Shown here piece after piece: positions 45,460 to 55,237 of a stretch of DNA of 64,000 bases. Within the stretch, counting starts at the first letter, position 1. Every line of letters begins with the position of its first letter. Source of the DNA: Gemmatimonadota bacterium (lineage in GTDB: Bacteria; Gemmatimonadota; Gemmatimonadetes; Palauibacterales; KS3-K002); NCBI GenBank assembly GCA_039586795.1, contig JBDHJS010000003.1:32001-96000 (forward strand), read 5' to 3'. A model generated the notes under the pieces. The model was given only the letters and a program-made list of their open reading frames with translations, ran no database searches and had not been told where the DNA came from. The position numbers and the translations under genes are program-made.

Positions 45460-47121
45460 TTGAACATCTATTTGCGACTCTTGATGGCTCGGCTTTCCCG
45501 CGGCGTTGTGACCCTGGAGCAACGTGGTCGGAAACGTCTGCTACTGGGATCGTCCCTCGTGATCGCCATCGCGGGGCTCGCGTTCTCCTGGTATCCGCTG
45601 CTCGCCGCAGGACTGTTGGTGGCGGCGCCGCTATCGATCAGCTACGCCAGGGACCGCGCATTCAGAACGGTGCGCCTACGAGCGGCGATTCGTCGACACC
45701 GCGATCTCTCCAATCTCGAGCCGGCGAGCCAGGTCCTTTCGAAGATGGGGATAGACGAGCAGCGGATCGACGATCTGCTTCGCCGAGCGAAACTCGAGAC
45801 CGAACTTCCAATCGCCGAGCTGGATCAGAACAATCGTGTAGTGAGCGACGTCGGGCCGATCCCGCTGTTCGAGAATGCGCTGATAGAACGGGACGCGTTT
45901 CAGAAACGGTCGAGGAACAAGGTAGAGATCGTCATCATTTCGAACGTGGTGGCGCTGAAGAAGAGCTATCGGGATTTCACCTCTTTCCGTAATGAGGTGA
46001 TCGCGCTCGATGCACTCAAGCGTCTCGAGCGAGTGCCAAAGATCGTCGCGCTCGATGAACAGCGTCAGTCGTTGTGTCAGAGCTTCGTTCCGGGACCCAA
46101 CCTCGGTACGCTGATGGTGACAAAGGGGGCCAGCGTCAGCAACCAGTATCAGGCGGGGAGGAAGTACCCTGGCATCGACGGCTGGTCGAGGACGCCGCCT
46201 ACCGAAAGCGAGCGTTCATCGGTGCTGCGAGCACAGAGCGAGGTTGTCGACGAAGCCTTCATCGCCGCTCTCCAAAAGTTGTTCGTCGCGGTCCATGCCG
46301 AAGGAGTCGGGATGACCGACGTCAAACACGGCAACGTCATCAGCTACGGTGGACAGCCCTACTTCTGCGATTTCGACTTCGCGCGCGTTCAGCGTAGCAA
46401 TGACATTTCGTTCCTGCTGACGCGGAACAGGGAGCGGGACAAGTTCAATTACCTGTTCAACGGCGACCTGCCCACGAGCTCATCCCTGCAAGCCGCGCTT
46501 GCGCACCTGACAACCCGTAGCACAGGAAGCGAGCTTCCATCCGTCTATTTCGGAGGAGGATACAGTTTCGGCGACCTCGGCGGCGCCAACGATGCGACGG
46601 CGTTGTGGCTGAAGCTCCGGACGGCGTTACTGGGCTCGGTAGGCGCCACCGTCATCGACTTCGGGAGTAGGGGAGGAGTGATCGCCCTTGAACTGCTGCG
46701 CTCCGGCGTAGAGCGTGTCTGCGCGTATGAACCCGATCCTCAACTTCTGACTTTTGCCCGCCTGACTCATCAGTTCTTCGAGTTAGTGGACAATCGCGCC
46801 TACGACTTTCGGTGCGAACCGTTCGACCGCTCCCAGGCACTCGCGCGCGATGCAGGCGGCTACGACACGGCGCTGGCCCTCGACGGACTGAGCGGTAAGC
46901 GTGAGGAGCTCGAGCAGTTGATCGCCTGGCTGAACGAGAACGTGCAGTCGCTGATCATTGGCTGCCCCAATCGAGTCTCGTCGGGCGCCGAGGTGCTGGC
47001 GACTGCTACAGCGGAAGAAGTGCGCGAGCTGCTCGTGGGCTCCAAGTTTTTGCGATCAAAGCAGTTAGCGGTGCCGCGCGGCTCTCTGATCGCGGCTGCC
47101 ACAACCAAATTCAATACCTGA
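45460..47121 (+). CDS. Membrane-anchored kinase-like + SAM methyltransferase-like fusion
   Basis: Two N-terminal TMs; VALKK..E, DVKHGN, FCDFD (protein-kinase-like fold); VIDFGSRGG..AYEPD (class I methyltransferase motif I). Start uncertain (TTG 45460 or ATG 45484). Confidence 0.72.
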   Translation: MNIYLRLLMARLSRGVVTLEQRGRKRLLLGSSLVIAIAGLAFSWYPLLAAGLLVAAPLSISYARDRAFRTVRLRAAIRRHRDLSNLEPASQVLSKMGIDEQRIDDLLRRAKLETELPIAELDQNNRVVSDVGPIPLFENALIERDAFQKRSRNKVEIVIISNVVALKKSYRDFTSFRNEVIALDALKRLERVPKIVALDEQRQSLCQSFVPGPNLGTLMVTKGASVSNQYQAGRKYPGIDGWSRTPPTESERSSVLRAQSEVVDEAFIAALQKLFVAVHAEGVGMTDVKHGNVISYGGQPYFCDFDFARVQRSNDISFLLTRNRERDKFNYLFNGDLPTSSSLQAALAHLTTRSTGSELPSVYFGGGYSFGDLGGANDATALWLKLRTALLGSVGATVIDFGSRGGVIALELLRSGVERVCAYEPDPQLLTFARLTHQFFELVDNRAYDFRCEPFDRSQALARDAGGYDTALALDGLSGKREELEQLIAWLNENVQSLIIGCPNRVSSGAEVLATATAEEVRELLVGSKFLRSKQLAVPRGSLIAAATTKFNT

Positions 47122-47150
47122 TCCAAGCGATCGGAGACGGCCCAGCACCC

Positions 47151-48647
47151 CTATTCGGTGCCCCCGGGCGGTACGTCCTTGAGGAAGGTCTTCCGCAATT
47201 CTTGGCGTTTCGGTTTCCCTGAGGCGGTGCGCGGGATCTCTTCGACTTCGGCTATCTGTCGCGGCCATTTGTAGTCGGGCAGGACATCGCGCAGATGTCT
47301 TCGTACGTCCGCGATTAGTGGAGAGGAGCCCTGACGGAAGCAAGCGATTATCGTTTCGCCCCAGATCTCGTCCGGCACTCCGATGACCACACATTCGTGG
47401 ACCCCGTCCATCGAGATGATGGCTTCCTCGATCTCTTTAGGGTGAACGCGGTAGGCTCCCGTCTTTATCAGGTCGCTTCGCCGACCCGTGATGAAGATGA
47501 ATCCTTCGTCATCGACAGTAGCCAGGTCACCCGTCCACAAGCCTCCATCCCTCAACACCTGCCGACTAGTCTCAGCATCGTCCCAGTAGCCCGACATCAG
47601 GTTCTCGCCGCTGGCGACGATCTCTCCTTCCTGTCCCGGCGTGACCGGCTCTCCACGCTCATCCAGGACCTGAAGCGCTACACCCGGCATGCCTTTGCCA
47701 ATACTGTTGGGTCGGCTCGGGAGCTCGGATGTCGGCAGATAGCTCAATCGAGCCGATGCCTCCGTCTGGCCGTACATCAAAAACACCTCGACGTCAGGCA
47801 GGGCTCGCTGCAAGCGACGCAGATTGGCGGCGGGAAGGGCACCGCCCGCACAGGTGAGATAGCGGAGCGACGGTGCTGGATGCTCATCGAGCTTCCCACG
47901 CTGAAGCAGCATGGCAAAAGTAGACGGAACGCCACTCAACCCCGTACACTCGCGATCGCGCAGTAGCTTAACGACCCGGGCCGGAAACGCCATCGCACCC
48001 AGCAGCGCCATACTACCGCCCACGCGACAGTGCGTTTGCAGAAGCGAGTTGCCGTAGCTGTAGACAAAGTCGAGGACGACGCCCACTCGATCCTCGGACG
48101 TCAAGCTGAGATACTCAACGATCCCGGTGGTGTTCGAACGTAACGCCCGATGGCTGAGCATTACGCCCTTCGGTGTACCTGTAGTTCCGCTCGTGTAGAT
48201 GATCTGGGCGAGCTCCGTCCCACCACCCAGGGGTAGCTCATCGAACGGCGGTTCATTTTCCAGCTCTTCAACGGTCCATGTATGCTCGACACCGATCTCG
48301 GCAAGCGCGGGATAGTCACGCGCTGGATCGGTGATACAGATATTCGGCTGACAATTCTCAACGACGTGAGCCAGAGCGCGCGGCGCAGTGGCCATCGCCA
48401 ATCCAACCGCGGTGCCACCAACCAGCAAGGTGCCGTAGTAGGCGCTGAGGTAGTCGATACCGTTGGGGAGGAGAAAGAGCACGCGATCGGCTGGCTGCAC
48501 ACCCTGTCGCCGAAGTCCGGCGGCAAGGCGCTGCGCTCGCCCCAATACTTCCTGGTAGGTGAAGACCGTCCCTGATTCGTCGATCAAGAAAGGTGCGTCA
48601 GGCGTCCGCTCGGCCCATCCCTTGAGGTCGTCCGCGATGTGCATCAC
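47151..48647 (-). CDS. Class I adenylate-forming (AMP-dependent acyl-ACP/CoA) ligase
   Basis: YTSGTTGTPKG, MYGQTEA, TGDL, GR.SDLIK.G..V.P.EIE, P.TASGK. Confidence 0.95.
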   Translation of the reverse strand: MMHIADDLKGWAERTPDAPFLIDESGTVFTYQEVLGRAQRLAAGLRRQGVQPADRVLFLLPNGIDYLSAYYGTLLVGGTAVGLAMATAPRALAHVVENCQPNICITDPARDYPALAEIGVEHTWTVEELENEPPFDELPLGGGTELAQIIYTSGTTGTPKGVMLSHRALRSNTTGIVEYLSLTSEDRVGVVLDFVYSYGNSLLQTHCRVGGSMALLGAMAFPARVVKLLRDRECTGLSGVPSTFAMLLQRGKLDEHPAPSLRYLTCAGGALPAANLRRLQRALPDVEVFLMYGQTEASARLSYLPTSELPSRPNSIGKGMPGVALQVLDERGEPVTPGQEGEIVASGENLMSGYWDDAETSRQVLRDGGLWTGDLATVDDEGFIFITGRRSDLIKTGAYRVHPKEIEEAIISMDGVHECVVIGVPDEIWGETIIACFRQGSSPLIADVRRHLRDVLPDYKWPRQIAEVEEIPRTASGKPKRQELRKTFLKDVPPGGTE

Positions 48648-49867
48648 GAGTCTTCCGGTGGCCCGAGTTGGCAGGAGGCTGCCGGGAATACGCCTGCCCT
48701 CACATCGACGCCGAACCGCTCCAGAAGTGTACTGACCAGTTCATCCCATCTGCTGAAGTGGGGGTATCCCTCCCAGTGCGTCACCTGGCAATCCGACTCA
48801 CTGATGCCGGGGGCATAGACGTAGAGCGGCGTTTCTCCGAGAAAGGGCTTTGGCGCATTCGCTTCCCGGTGCAACGGCATCCCCCGATCGAACAGACCGT
48901 GATGGCCTCTCCCTCTGTGGCAAGCCGCCATGAGGATTACGGCACCACCCTCGGCCAGGTGCTTCAGACCACCCGTTCGAAGCGGACTGTAAGCGTTCTC
49001 GACCTGGAGGAACTCGCCGTCTTTGGGATAGGCGTTGCAGAACAGGACATCGAAGGTTCCCGTCATCGGAGTGGCGTACGCCTGCCGGGCGCTATCGCAG
49101 GCCAGGCGATGGGCTTCGGTGGGCTCTCCGAAATGGACTTCTCTGATGTACCGCGTCGAATCCACAAGACAAGACACGCCGAAGTGAAGCGGAAGCTCTT
49201 CGGCCACTCTTTCCATCTCGCGCCGAATGCGGTTCCCCTCGGTGGCCCCGATCCCTCCCGCGAACCCCATCATGGCTAGCTTGTGCAGCCACACCAGAGT
49301 GTCGAGCGAAGCGAGGCCGGGGACGACGATCTTGCCGCCGCCCGAGAATCCGGCGAACGGATTCGGAATCACACTGCCAACACCGATCCGAAAGTCGGCT
49401 TCCAGAAATGGGCCGTCGATTCGCAACGGAATCTTGCCGATGCGGATCCCACTGTCTGACAACTCGCCTGCCGCATCGTGAAAACGCACTTCAAATCGCT
49501 CGGCGATCCAATCGCCTATCTTCGCGCGAACCTCATCGGCCCCCGGCCGGCGATGCGCACCCGTGGCCATCACGAGATCGATTTGGGACTTCGGCACACC
49601 CGCGTCGAGTAACCCGGTTACGATGGCCTGCAGCGCCAACCCGAGTGGTGACGGCCGCGTGAGATCGTCGATCGCGATCGAAACTCGCGCTCTCGCGCTC
49701 ACCTGTTCCTGCACCGCCGCTATCAGCTTGGAGTAGTCAGGCGATGACGGCTGCTCCCAGCCGGCCATCTCCAATCGCTCGACTTCCCATTCGGACGGAA
49801 ATGGAAATTCCCGCTGTTCGGGATCTTCGCTCCAGGCGCGCCAGGGCAACGTGAGCGTCTTCGTCAC
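48644..49867 (-). CDS. LarA-superfamily (lactate racemase-like, DUF2088) protein
   Basis: DDLTRP, ATGAHR, FAGFSGGGK.VVPG, NAYPKD, GG.VIL.A.C..G.G.H. Confidence 0.85.
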   Translation of the reverse strand: MTKTLTLPWRAWSEDPEQREFPFPSEWEVERLEMAGWEQPSSPDYSKLIAAVQEQVSARARVSIAIDDLTRPSPLGLALQAIVTGLLDAGVPKSQIDLVMATGAHRRPGADEVRAKIGDWIAERFEVRFHDAAGELSDSGIRIGKIPLRIDGPFLEADFRIGVGSVIPNPFAGFSGGGKIVVPGLASLDTLVWLHKLAMMGFAGGIGATEGNRIRREMERVAEELPLHFGVSCLVDSTRYIREVHFGEPTEAHRLACDSARQAYATPMTGTFDVLFCNAYPKDGEFLQVENAYSPLRTGGLKHLAEGGAVILMAACHRGRGHHGLFDRGMPLHREANAPKPFLGETPLYVYAPGISESDCQVTHWEGYPHFSRWDELVSTLLERFGVDVRAGVFPAASCQLGPPEDS

Positions 49868-49868
49868 G

Positions 49869-50120
49869 TCAGCTGCTTTCTCCGCCCAACTTGCTCTCGA
49901 CGAGTGCGGTGATCGCTACCACCGTCTCGAAGTTGTCAGGCATCATGTCATCGATGGCCACTTCGATTCCGAAGGTAGCCTCCAAAAAGCTGATCAGTTC
50001 CTCCATCCCGAGGCTATCCACGATCCCGCTTTGCAGGAGCATGGTGTCGGGCTGAATGCTCGACTGATCGGGTAAGCCCTTCAACTCAACCAGGTAGGCT
50101 ATGACTTTTTCAGCGATCAC
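49869..50120 (-). CDS. Acyl carrier protein
   Basis: GIVDSLG phosphopantetheinylation motif; LE..FGI.V...D..P.NF.TV (DltC-like). Confidence 0.92.
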   Translation of the reverse strand: MIAEKVIAYLVELKGLPDQSSIQPDTMLLQSGIVDSLGMEELISFLEATFGIEVAIDDMMPDNFETVVAITALVESKLGGESS

Positions 50121-50171
50121 CTTTGTTCTCCACGGCTTTCCTGTTGTCGGTGCACGAATACGCGGGCGGGC

Positions 50172-51212
50172 TTAGACGTCTCGGTCCCCCAACGTCATGT
50201 ACCAGTTCTCCGCGTTCTCTACGGCTGCCTTGCCCCAGAAACCGGCGCCCGCATGGCAGACCGTTGGATGATTTTCGACTCGCTCCCAGAACCCCAGTCG
50301 CCTGAGATCTTCGCTTCGCGGGAAGTGGTTCTGCACCATAACGTCAAGCGCCTGAGATCCAAACTTGTCCGCGAGACGGGCCGCCGCGAGTAACAGCTCC
50401 GGCCCCGCGTTCTCTTCGGGTAAATACGCGAGGTCATGGACTTTCGTTGCCGGGTTCATCAGCCTGAGTACCAGGTAGCCCAACAGAGTCCCGGACGTGT
50501 TACGCGCTTCGAGGATCTTCGCGTTGAAGTCGGGCCGCTCGAAGCATCTCCAGTTCAGATACGCTTCCGTCCTACGGACGATCACCCGATAGCTCTGACC
50601 CAATCTGCGGTCAAGCTCGTCATACTCCGACCCGATGCTATCGACCTCGGCCACTTCTACTCGCCTGCTTCTCACCTGCCGCGCGATGTGACGCGCCCGG
50701 AGCGCGAGATTCGCGACAGGACCGACGACCCGGGCCGCCGCCTTTCCGAACTTTCGCGCTAACAGACCTTGGGCACGCAGTGGGTAGACCCAACGCCTTA
50801 TATCCGACAGCTGCCGGTGGCCCGTCCGCTTGTGAACCGCCAGCATCGCCGGCACCGGATGCGCGTACAGAAACGCATACTCGCCGGCATCCACCGCCTC
50901 CTTCGCCGGCAGCCGCAGCTTCACGGCCGGTCCCAGGGTTCGATGGCCGACTTCGACGCTGAAGTCGCCGCAGTTCAGAGCGCGGCATTCCTTGCCGTCC
51001 ACCCACACTTCGCGCGGATAGCCCGAGGTGAAGCCGACAGAGTCTCCGGACGGCGCCGTCAGAATCCATATCCGGGCCGCGCCTGCCGGGTTCTTGGCAT
51101 ACAGCCACTCGAATCTCTCGCGCTCCGTATCGCCACCGCGAATTCTGCGGTAGAGCTGCATCGCGAGATCGAGGTCCCGGGTTTCCGTCACTTCGTAGGT
51201 CGACGCTTTCAT
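50172..51212 (-). CDS. GNAT-family acyltransferase
   Basis: F.WLY..NP.G, GDFSV...HR..G, R...YLNWR; C-terminal W..T.GD.D. Start at ATG 51212. Confidence 0.8.
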   Translation of the reverse strand: MKASTYEVTETRDLDLAMQLYRRIRGGDTERERFEWLYAKNPAGAARIWILTAPSGDSVGFTSGYPREVWVDGKECRALNCGDFSVEVGHRTLGPAVKLRLPAKEAVDAGEYAFLYAHPVPAMLAVHKRTGHRQLSDIRRWVYPLRAQGLLARKFGKAAARVVGPVANLALRARHIARQVRSRRVEVAEVDSIGSEYDELDRRLGQSYRVIVRRTEAYLNWRCFERPDFNAKILEARNTSGTLLGYLVLRLMNPATKVHDLAYLPEENAGPELLLAAARLADKFGSQALDVMVQNHFPRSEDLRRLGFWERVENHPTVCHAGAGFWGKAAVENAENWYMTLGDRDV

Positions 51213-51360
51213 CTGCAAGCGGCCTGCTATTGCAAGAGCCAGGCTCGGGTCGTGGCGTTTCAGTCTGGTCGGACACACCCTGTTGCGGCGCGGGATTCAC
51301 CAGCTAGCCCGGGCCTACCCAGCCTCGGAACCGGCCAGATCAACGGAAAGTGGGCCGAAC

Positions 51361-51378
51361 TGTTGCGTCTCTGCAACG
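51361..51378. promoter_or_regulatory. Candidate enhancer palindrome in the divergent GNAT/fkbH spacer
   Basis: TGTTGC-GTCTCT-GCAACG. Confidence 0.6.
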
Positions 51379-51557
51379 GTCATGACAAGCTGACGCTCGG
51401 TCTGATCCGCATTCCACCCTGAGAACGGCTAGAAAAGAGGCTGCCGGGCCGAGGCGGGGCGACGGCTTCACGTACAAACTTTGCAGATCGGATACCCGCG
51501 TACGGAACCGTGGGGTGCCGGACGGACCACGCGTCCGGTGGCAGAGATCGAGAGAAG

Positions 51558-53810
51558 GTGACCAAGGTGGAAGCCAATACGGCTGATAGACCGGGCGGCG
51601 ACCTGCCCGAGCTGCTTAGAGAGGCGCTGAACGGGAGCGCTGAGACCGCGGATATAGTGGCGGCGCTGACCGTGCTGGCCCCGTCGTCCGCGGCTGCGTG
51701 GCTGACAGAGAATGAAGAGCACGTACGATCCCAATGGGCGGAGGAGGATCTGAAGCGCGTCATCACCCGGGTGGTGACCGAGTGCACGGAGCGGGGCGGG
51801 AACGCGGAGGCCACTTGCGCCGTCGAGTTGGTCGAGCGCTACGGTGACACAATAGACCCGGATACTGCAGCGGCCGTCGTCTCCACGTTGGATACCGAGG
51901 AGCAAGCCGGAGTCGTTTCGAAGATGACCACGGATGCTCTCAATCGCTGGCCGACTCATCAGGGGCTGCTGCGCCTTGCCGTAGATCAAGCCGTGGAGGC
52001 GAATGATGCGGAGCATGCACACGGCTTGCTGACGCGACTCGCCCACGTGGATGACGGCCAAGCCAACCTGAGCTACGTGTGGCGAAAGCGGAAGGTTTTG
52101 CCGAAGGAAGGATCGCCACCGATCCGAATCGCGCTTCTCAGCTCATTCACGATCGATCCCCTGGCGCACTACCTGGACGCTGAGTGCCGGGCGCTCGGTC
52201 TCGAGCCAGAAGTATACGTCGGTCCGTTCAACTCCTGGACACAAGAAGTCCTGAATCCCGAATCCGGGTTGCGCCGCTTCGAGGCGGAGATCGTTTTTCT
52301 ATCCGTCTCGATCGACGACCTGATCCCCGAGCTTGCGGGCTCGCCGTCGATCGAGCAGCTGGACGAACTGGGACGGACGGCAGTGGAACGCGTGATCTCT
52401 GTATCGCGGCAGTTCACCGCCTGGTCGGATGCGATGCTGGTCGTGCATAGCTTCCATTCCGTCTACGCCGATCCCTACGGTATCGCGAAGGGTCGGAGGG
52501 GGCGCGCGGCGTGGTTGGCGGAGCTCAATGCAGCGATGGCCGAAGAGCTGGCTGGACTCCCGCGCGCGTACATGCTCGACGAAGGTGAGCTGCTACTTCG
52601 ACGAACCGACGGCCCGGCTGACAATCCCAAGATGCGGCACATAGCGGCCCTGCGCTTAACCGGCCCCCTGCTCCGGCAGACCGCCCACGCGTACGCTCAT
52701 TACATCGCTCCGTTCAAGGGACTTTCCCGCAAGTGTGTCGTCCTGGACCTGGACAACACGCTCTGGGGCGGGATAATCGGTGAAGACGGTCTGCACGGCA
52801 TCAAGCTAGGCAACACGGCGCCCGGCTCAGAGTATCAGGAGTTTCAGCGTTATCTTCTCTCGTTGACAGAGCGAGGCTTCCTGCTGGCGGTCAACTCGAA
52901 GAACAACCTTGATGACGCGATAGAGGTATTTCGGTCCCACGAGGGTATGGTATTGCGGGAAGATTCGTTCAGCGCGATGCGCATCAACTGGCGGCCAAAA
53001 CCCGAGAACATCCTGGCGATCGCCGAGGAGCTCAACATAGGGGTCGATTCCCTACTCTTCGTCGACGACAACCCGAACGAACGCGAGCTGATGCGGCAGA
53101 TGGCGCCGGACGTCCTGACTGTTGACCTCCCGGACGATCCATCGCTCTACCGATCGACGTTGGAGGCACTACCTCAGCTTCAGAAGCTGGTCGTCACCGA
53201 TGAAGACAAGACGCGCACAGAGCTATACCAGGCGCGGCGCAAACGCGAAGAGGCGAAAGTCGATGCCGGCTCGCTGGAGGATTATCTGAGATCACTCGAC
53301 ATCGTCGTCGAAATCGGACAGGCGAACGAGTCAACGCTGCCGCGCGTGCATCAGATCTTTGAACGGACGAATCAGTTCAACCTAACGACGCGTCGCTACC
53401 AGGCCGGCGAATTGGCGGCATTTGCATCCGACGCGGTTCACCGATTGTACACGCTTCGAGCGAAGGACCGTTTTGGTGATCACGGGATCGTTGCCACGGC
53501 GTTGGTACGTGCGGACGGGGGTTGCTGGGTGATCGACAGCTTCTTGATGAGCTGTCGCGTGATCGGCTACGGTGTGGAGACGGCCCTCCTGTCCAAGGTG
53601 AGCGAAGACGCGGTGGCTTGCGGCGCGCAGGAGCTGGTCGGCGAGTACATCGAGACGGCGAAGAATGCGCCGGCGCGTGACTTCTACGCGAGACATGAGT
53701 TTAGCGAGCTAGGCACGAAAGACGACGTGCAAAGTTGGAAGGCTACACTAGCAGACAAAGCGATGCCGTGCCCGGACTGGGTGCAGGTGGAGGTTGCAGA
53801 TGACGCCTGA
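51558..53810 (+). CDS. fkbH: FkbH-like HAD-IIIC glyceryl-ACP loading phosphatase with N-terminal extension
   Basis: KCVVLDLDNTLWGG..GEDG, SKN, INW.PK, FVDDNP.ER, RTNQFNLTT, DRFGD.G, FLMSCRV.G. Confidence 0.92.
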   Translation: MTKVEANTADRPGGDLPELLREALNGSAETADIVAALTVLAPSSAAAWLTENEEHVRSQWAEEDLKRVITRVVTECTERGGNAEATCAVELVERYGDTIDPDTAAAVVSTLDTEEQAGVVSKMTTDALNRWPTHQGLLRLAVDQAVEANDAEHAHGLLTRLAHVDDGQANLSYVWRKRKVLPKEGSPPIRIALLSSFTIDPLAHYLDAECRALGLEPEVYVGPFNSWTQEVLNPESGLRRFEAEIVFLSVSIDDLIPELAGSPSIEQLDELGRTAVERVISVSRQFTAWSDAMLVVHSFHSVYADPYGIAKGRRGRAAWLAELNAAMAEELAGLPRAYMLDEGELLLRRTDGPADNPKMRHIAALRLTGPLLRQTAHAYAHYIAPFKGLSRKCVVLDLDNTLWGGIIGEDGLHGIKLGNTAPGSEYQEFQRYLLSLTERGFLLAVNSKNNLDDAIEVFRSHEGMVLREDSFSAMRINWRPKPENILAIAEELNIGVDSLLFVDDNPNERELMRQMAPDVLTVDLPDDPSLYRSTLEALPQLQKLVVTDEDKTRTELYQARRKREEAKVDAGSLEDYLRSLDIVVEIGQANESTLPRVHQIFERTNQFNLTTRRYQAGELAAFASDAVHRLYTLRAKDRFGDHGIVATALVRADGGCWVIDSFLMSCRVIGYGVETALLSKVSEDAVACGAQELVGEYIETAKNAPARDFYARHEFSELGTKDDVQSWKATLADKAMPCPDWVQVEVADDA

Positions 53811-54027
53811 GGATGTGGTGAGCCGGGTATTCGGTGTATCCCGCAACAAGGTAGACGACGACACTTCCAACACCACGTTGCCCGAGTGGGATTCGATGGG
53901 CCACGTGAACCTCATCATCGAGCTCGAGTCCTCATACGGAGTGTCCTTTTCGCCGGACGATGCCCTGCAGATGACCGACGTGGCAGCCATCAAGCGTGCG
54001 CTGCAAAGCCGAGGAGTGTCTTGGTAG
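53800..54027 (+). CDS. Acyl carrier protein
   Basis: WDSMGH..LI.ELE..YG; overlaps the fkbH stop codon. Confidence 0.92.
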   Translation: MTPEDVVSRVFGVSRNKVDDDTSNTTLPEWDSMGHVNLIIELESSYGVSFSPDDALQMTDVAAIKRALQSRGVSW

Positions 54028-55208
54028 CCAACGACACGCGAGCGGCCGATCAGGCGAATAGCGGCGCGTCGACTCAAGTCGTAAAGGTCCAGGATGAACA
54101 CATCGACGTCCTGACCGGGTTTATACGAGAGATTTGGGATTCGAACGCGGACGCTGAGGCCGTACGCAGAGCGCGCAAGGCTGCGGCGGCGCAGAACCCG
54201 GCGGCGGCCGGAGAGCCTCCGCCGACTTTCTTGCTGATATCGTCCGATCGGGCGATCGGACATGTCAGCACCATACCGATCAGGATTTGGGACGGAGAAG
54301 CGCAGCGACCCATTCACTGGGTGAAGGGTCTCATGGTCACTCCGGACCACCGGAACGGACCGGTCGGGTTTCTCCTTCTCAAGGAGGCGGTGCGCGAACT
54401 CGGCGACGGCATGGCCATGGTCGTCGAGCCACCGGCGCGTCGGTTGTTCGAAGCGCTTGGGTATCAGGACGCCGGTGTCTTACCGAATCACATGCGAGTG
54501 CTGAAGCCTGGGCGGTTCCTGAGCCGCATCGATGTTGAAGCGATCGGGCTCGCCGGGCTGCCGTCGTGGACGAACGGCGCCGTTCGTCTTGCGCAGCGAT
54601 CCGGACTCGCACGGTTGCTCGGTATGGCGATCAGTGGAGCCACCGGCGCCTGGACGGCGGTCGCTGGACGGCGGAGCAGCGGACTCCAAAACAAGCCGGT
54701 TCGGCGGATCTCTGAAATCGATTCGTCGGCGATCGATGATCTCTGGGCTCGAGTTCGAAGCCAGCTGCGTGCCGCGGCGGTGCGCGACAGCGCCTACCTC
54801 AACTGGAGATACGACGACAACGCATACCGCCCGGTAGCCGTGTACGCGGAATCCGAGCTGGCCGGGGTCGGGATAGTACGGGCACCGAGTGATGACGGCG
54901 ATCCAAGACTGCGGGGAGTACGCGTGGCCGTGCTGTCCGATCTGCTCTATCCGCCCGACCGACCCGACATTGGGCTCGCCCTGCTGGCCGCCGCGGAGAA
55001 CGCGGGTCGCGAACTGGGGGCCGACGCCTTGCTGATCAGCGTTAGCCATCCGGGCACCCAGAGACTCTTCAAGCGACGTGCATTCCTAAGGATCCCGGGC
55101 AACGTCCACTTCCTCTTCAAAGGCACCCCCGACACTCCGAGCCTGCCTTCGGGCATCGATGAATGGTGGTTGAGTAGGGGGGACAGCAGCGCCGACGAAG
55201 TGTTCTAG
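54021..55208 (+). CDS. GNAT-family acyltransferase
   Basis: GGAG RBS before TTG 54021; LMV.P.HR.G..G, RD..YLNWRY, C-terminal WW...GDS..D. Confidence 0.8.
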   Translation: MVANDTRAADQANSGASTQVVKVQDEHIDVLTGFIREIWDSNADAEAVRRARKAAAAQNPAAAGEPPPTFLLISSDRAIGHVSTIPIRIWDGEAQRPIHWVKGLMVTPDHRNGPVGFLLLKEAVRELGDGMAMVVEPPARRLFEALGYQDAGVLPNHMRVLKPGRFLSRIDVEAIGLAGLPSWTNGAVRLAQRSGLARLLGMAISGATGAWTAVAGRRSSGLQNKPVRRISEIDSSAIDDLWARVRSQLRAAAVRDSAYLNWRYDDNAYRPVAVYAESELAGVGIVRAPSDDGDPRLRGVRVAVLSDLLYPPDRPDIGLALLAAAENAGRELGADALLISVSHPGTQRLFKRRAFLRIPGNVHFLFKGTPDTPSLPSGIDEWWLSRGDSSADEVF

Positions 55209-55237
55209 CGAGATTCGCTACCAAGCTAACCCGCATC

